The notes under the pieces are model-generated. The model did no database searches. It was not told the DNA's origin and was given only the letters and a program-made list of their open reading frames with translations. Below are positions 35,322-35,398 of a stretch of 35,398 bases of DNA, one piece after another. A program made the position numbers and the translations under genes. Numbering within the stretch: the first letter of the stretch is position 1; the number at the start of each line of letters is the position of its first letter. This DNA comes from an uncultured Clostridia bacterium (lineage in GTDB: Bacteria > Bacillota > Clostridia > Peptostreptococcales > Anaerovoracaceae). The stretch is from contig CALDNM010000001.1 of NCBI GenBank assembly GCA_937915045.1, forward strand, positions 1 through 35,398, in the 5' to 3' direction.

Positions 35322-35350
35322 ATTTTAACCTTATATATGTTAAAAGTCAA
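35322..35350 (-). promoter_or_regulatory. Strong sigma-70-type promoter of the wHTH/nucleotidyltransferase pair
   Basis: On the minus strand: TTGACT (35350-35345), a 17-nt spacer, then TAAAAT (35327-35322). Confidence 0.6.
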
Positions 35351-35398
35351 TCTCTTTGTTATATTGAGAACAAGGAACTGTATAACGCGAAGGTTTGC

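Noticed and set aside
1-35398. The many long antisense or alternative-frame ORFs in the track (e.g. 14033..15376, 10822..11868, 8953..9633, 22214..23041, 15516..16187)
   Set aside because: They lie opposite to or out of frame with genes that have clear family motifs. Their products are Arg/His/Pro-rich and low in complexity, as expected for shadow ORFs in GC-rich coding DNA.

Overview
This 35.4-kb chromosomal window resembles a moderately GC-rich Clostridia-type Firmicute. That taxon guess rests only on gene content and Shine-Dalgarno style. I call 33 protein genes, 29 of them on the minus strand, and found no rRNA, tRNA or CRISPR array. Content from left to right: (1) a possibly 5'-partial PD-(D/E)XK nuclease-like gene followed by 3 x 20-bp tandem repeats. 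(2) An EFR1-like flavodoxin/ferredoxin fusion. (3) A secreted-protein cluster: Big_2/NHL propeller, a frameshifted purple-acid-phosphatase-like lipoprotein and an FN3 protein. (4) A CmpB-like membrane protein. (5) A repeat-dense 800-bp intergenic region. (6) A plus-strand two-gene module, a hotdog aminoacyl-CoA ammonia-lyase-like gene plus a tandem-fused double family-III CoA-transferase, bracketed by 97-bp direct repeats. (7) An operon of orphan Phd/YefM antitoxin, OYE/FAD oxidoreductase, TPR protein, DUF4037 nucleotidyltransferase-like protein and DUF4125 protein. (8) A pantothenate operon (DUF2520/PanG-like, panB, panC, panD). (9) A serine-hydrolase, GNAT and Fe-ADH operon. (10) A more AT-rich island with two secreted proteins and a 577-aa dual-HTH regulator. 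(11) A second EFR1-like gene. (12) An XRE, PLDc_N and ABC-2 exporter operon. (13) An XRE plus membrane-protein pair. (14) An AbiE-like wHTH/nucleotidyltransferase pair. The most striking signal is not a gene. The 9-mer CATTACTGC (or GCAGTAATG) occurs 15 times exactly, against about 0.3 expected. It appears in both orientations and all reading frames, and 13 of the 15 copies lie in the first 20.5 kb. All functional calls come from motif recognition by eye; no database search was run.
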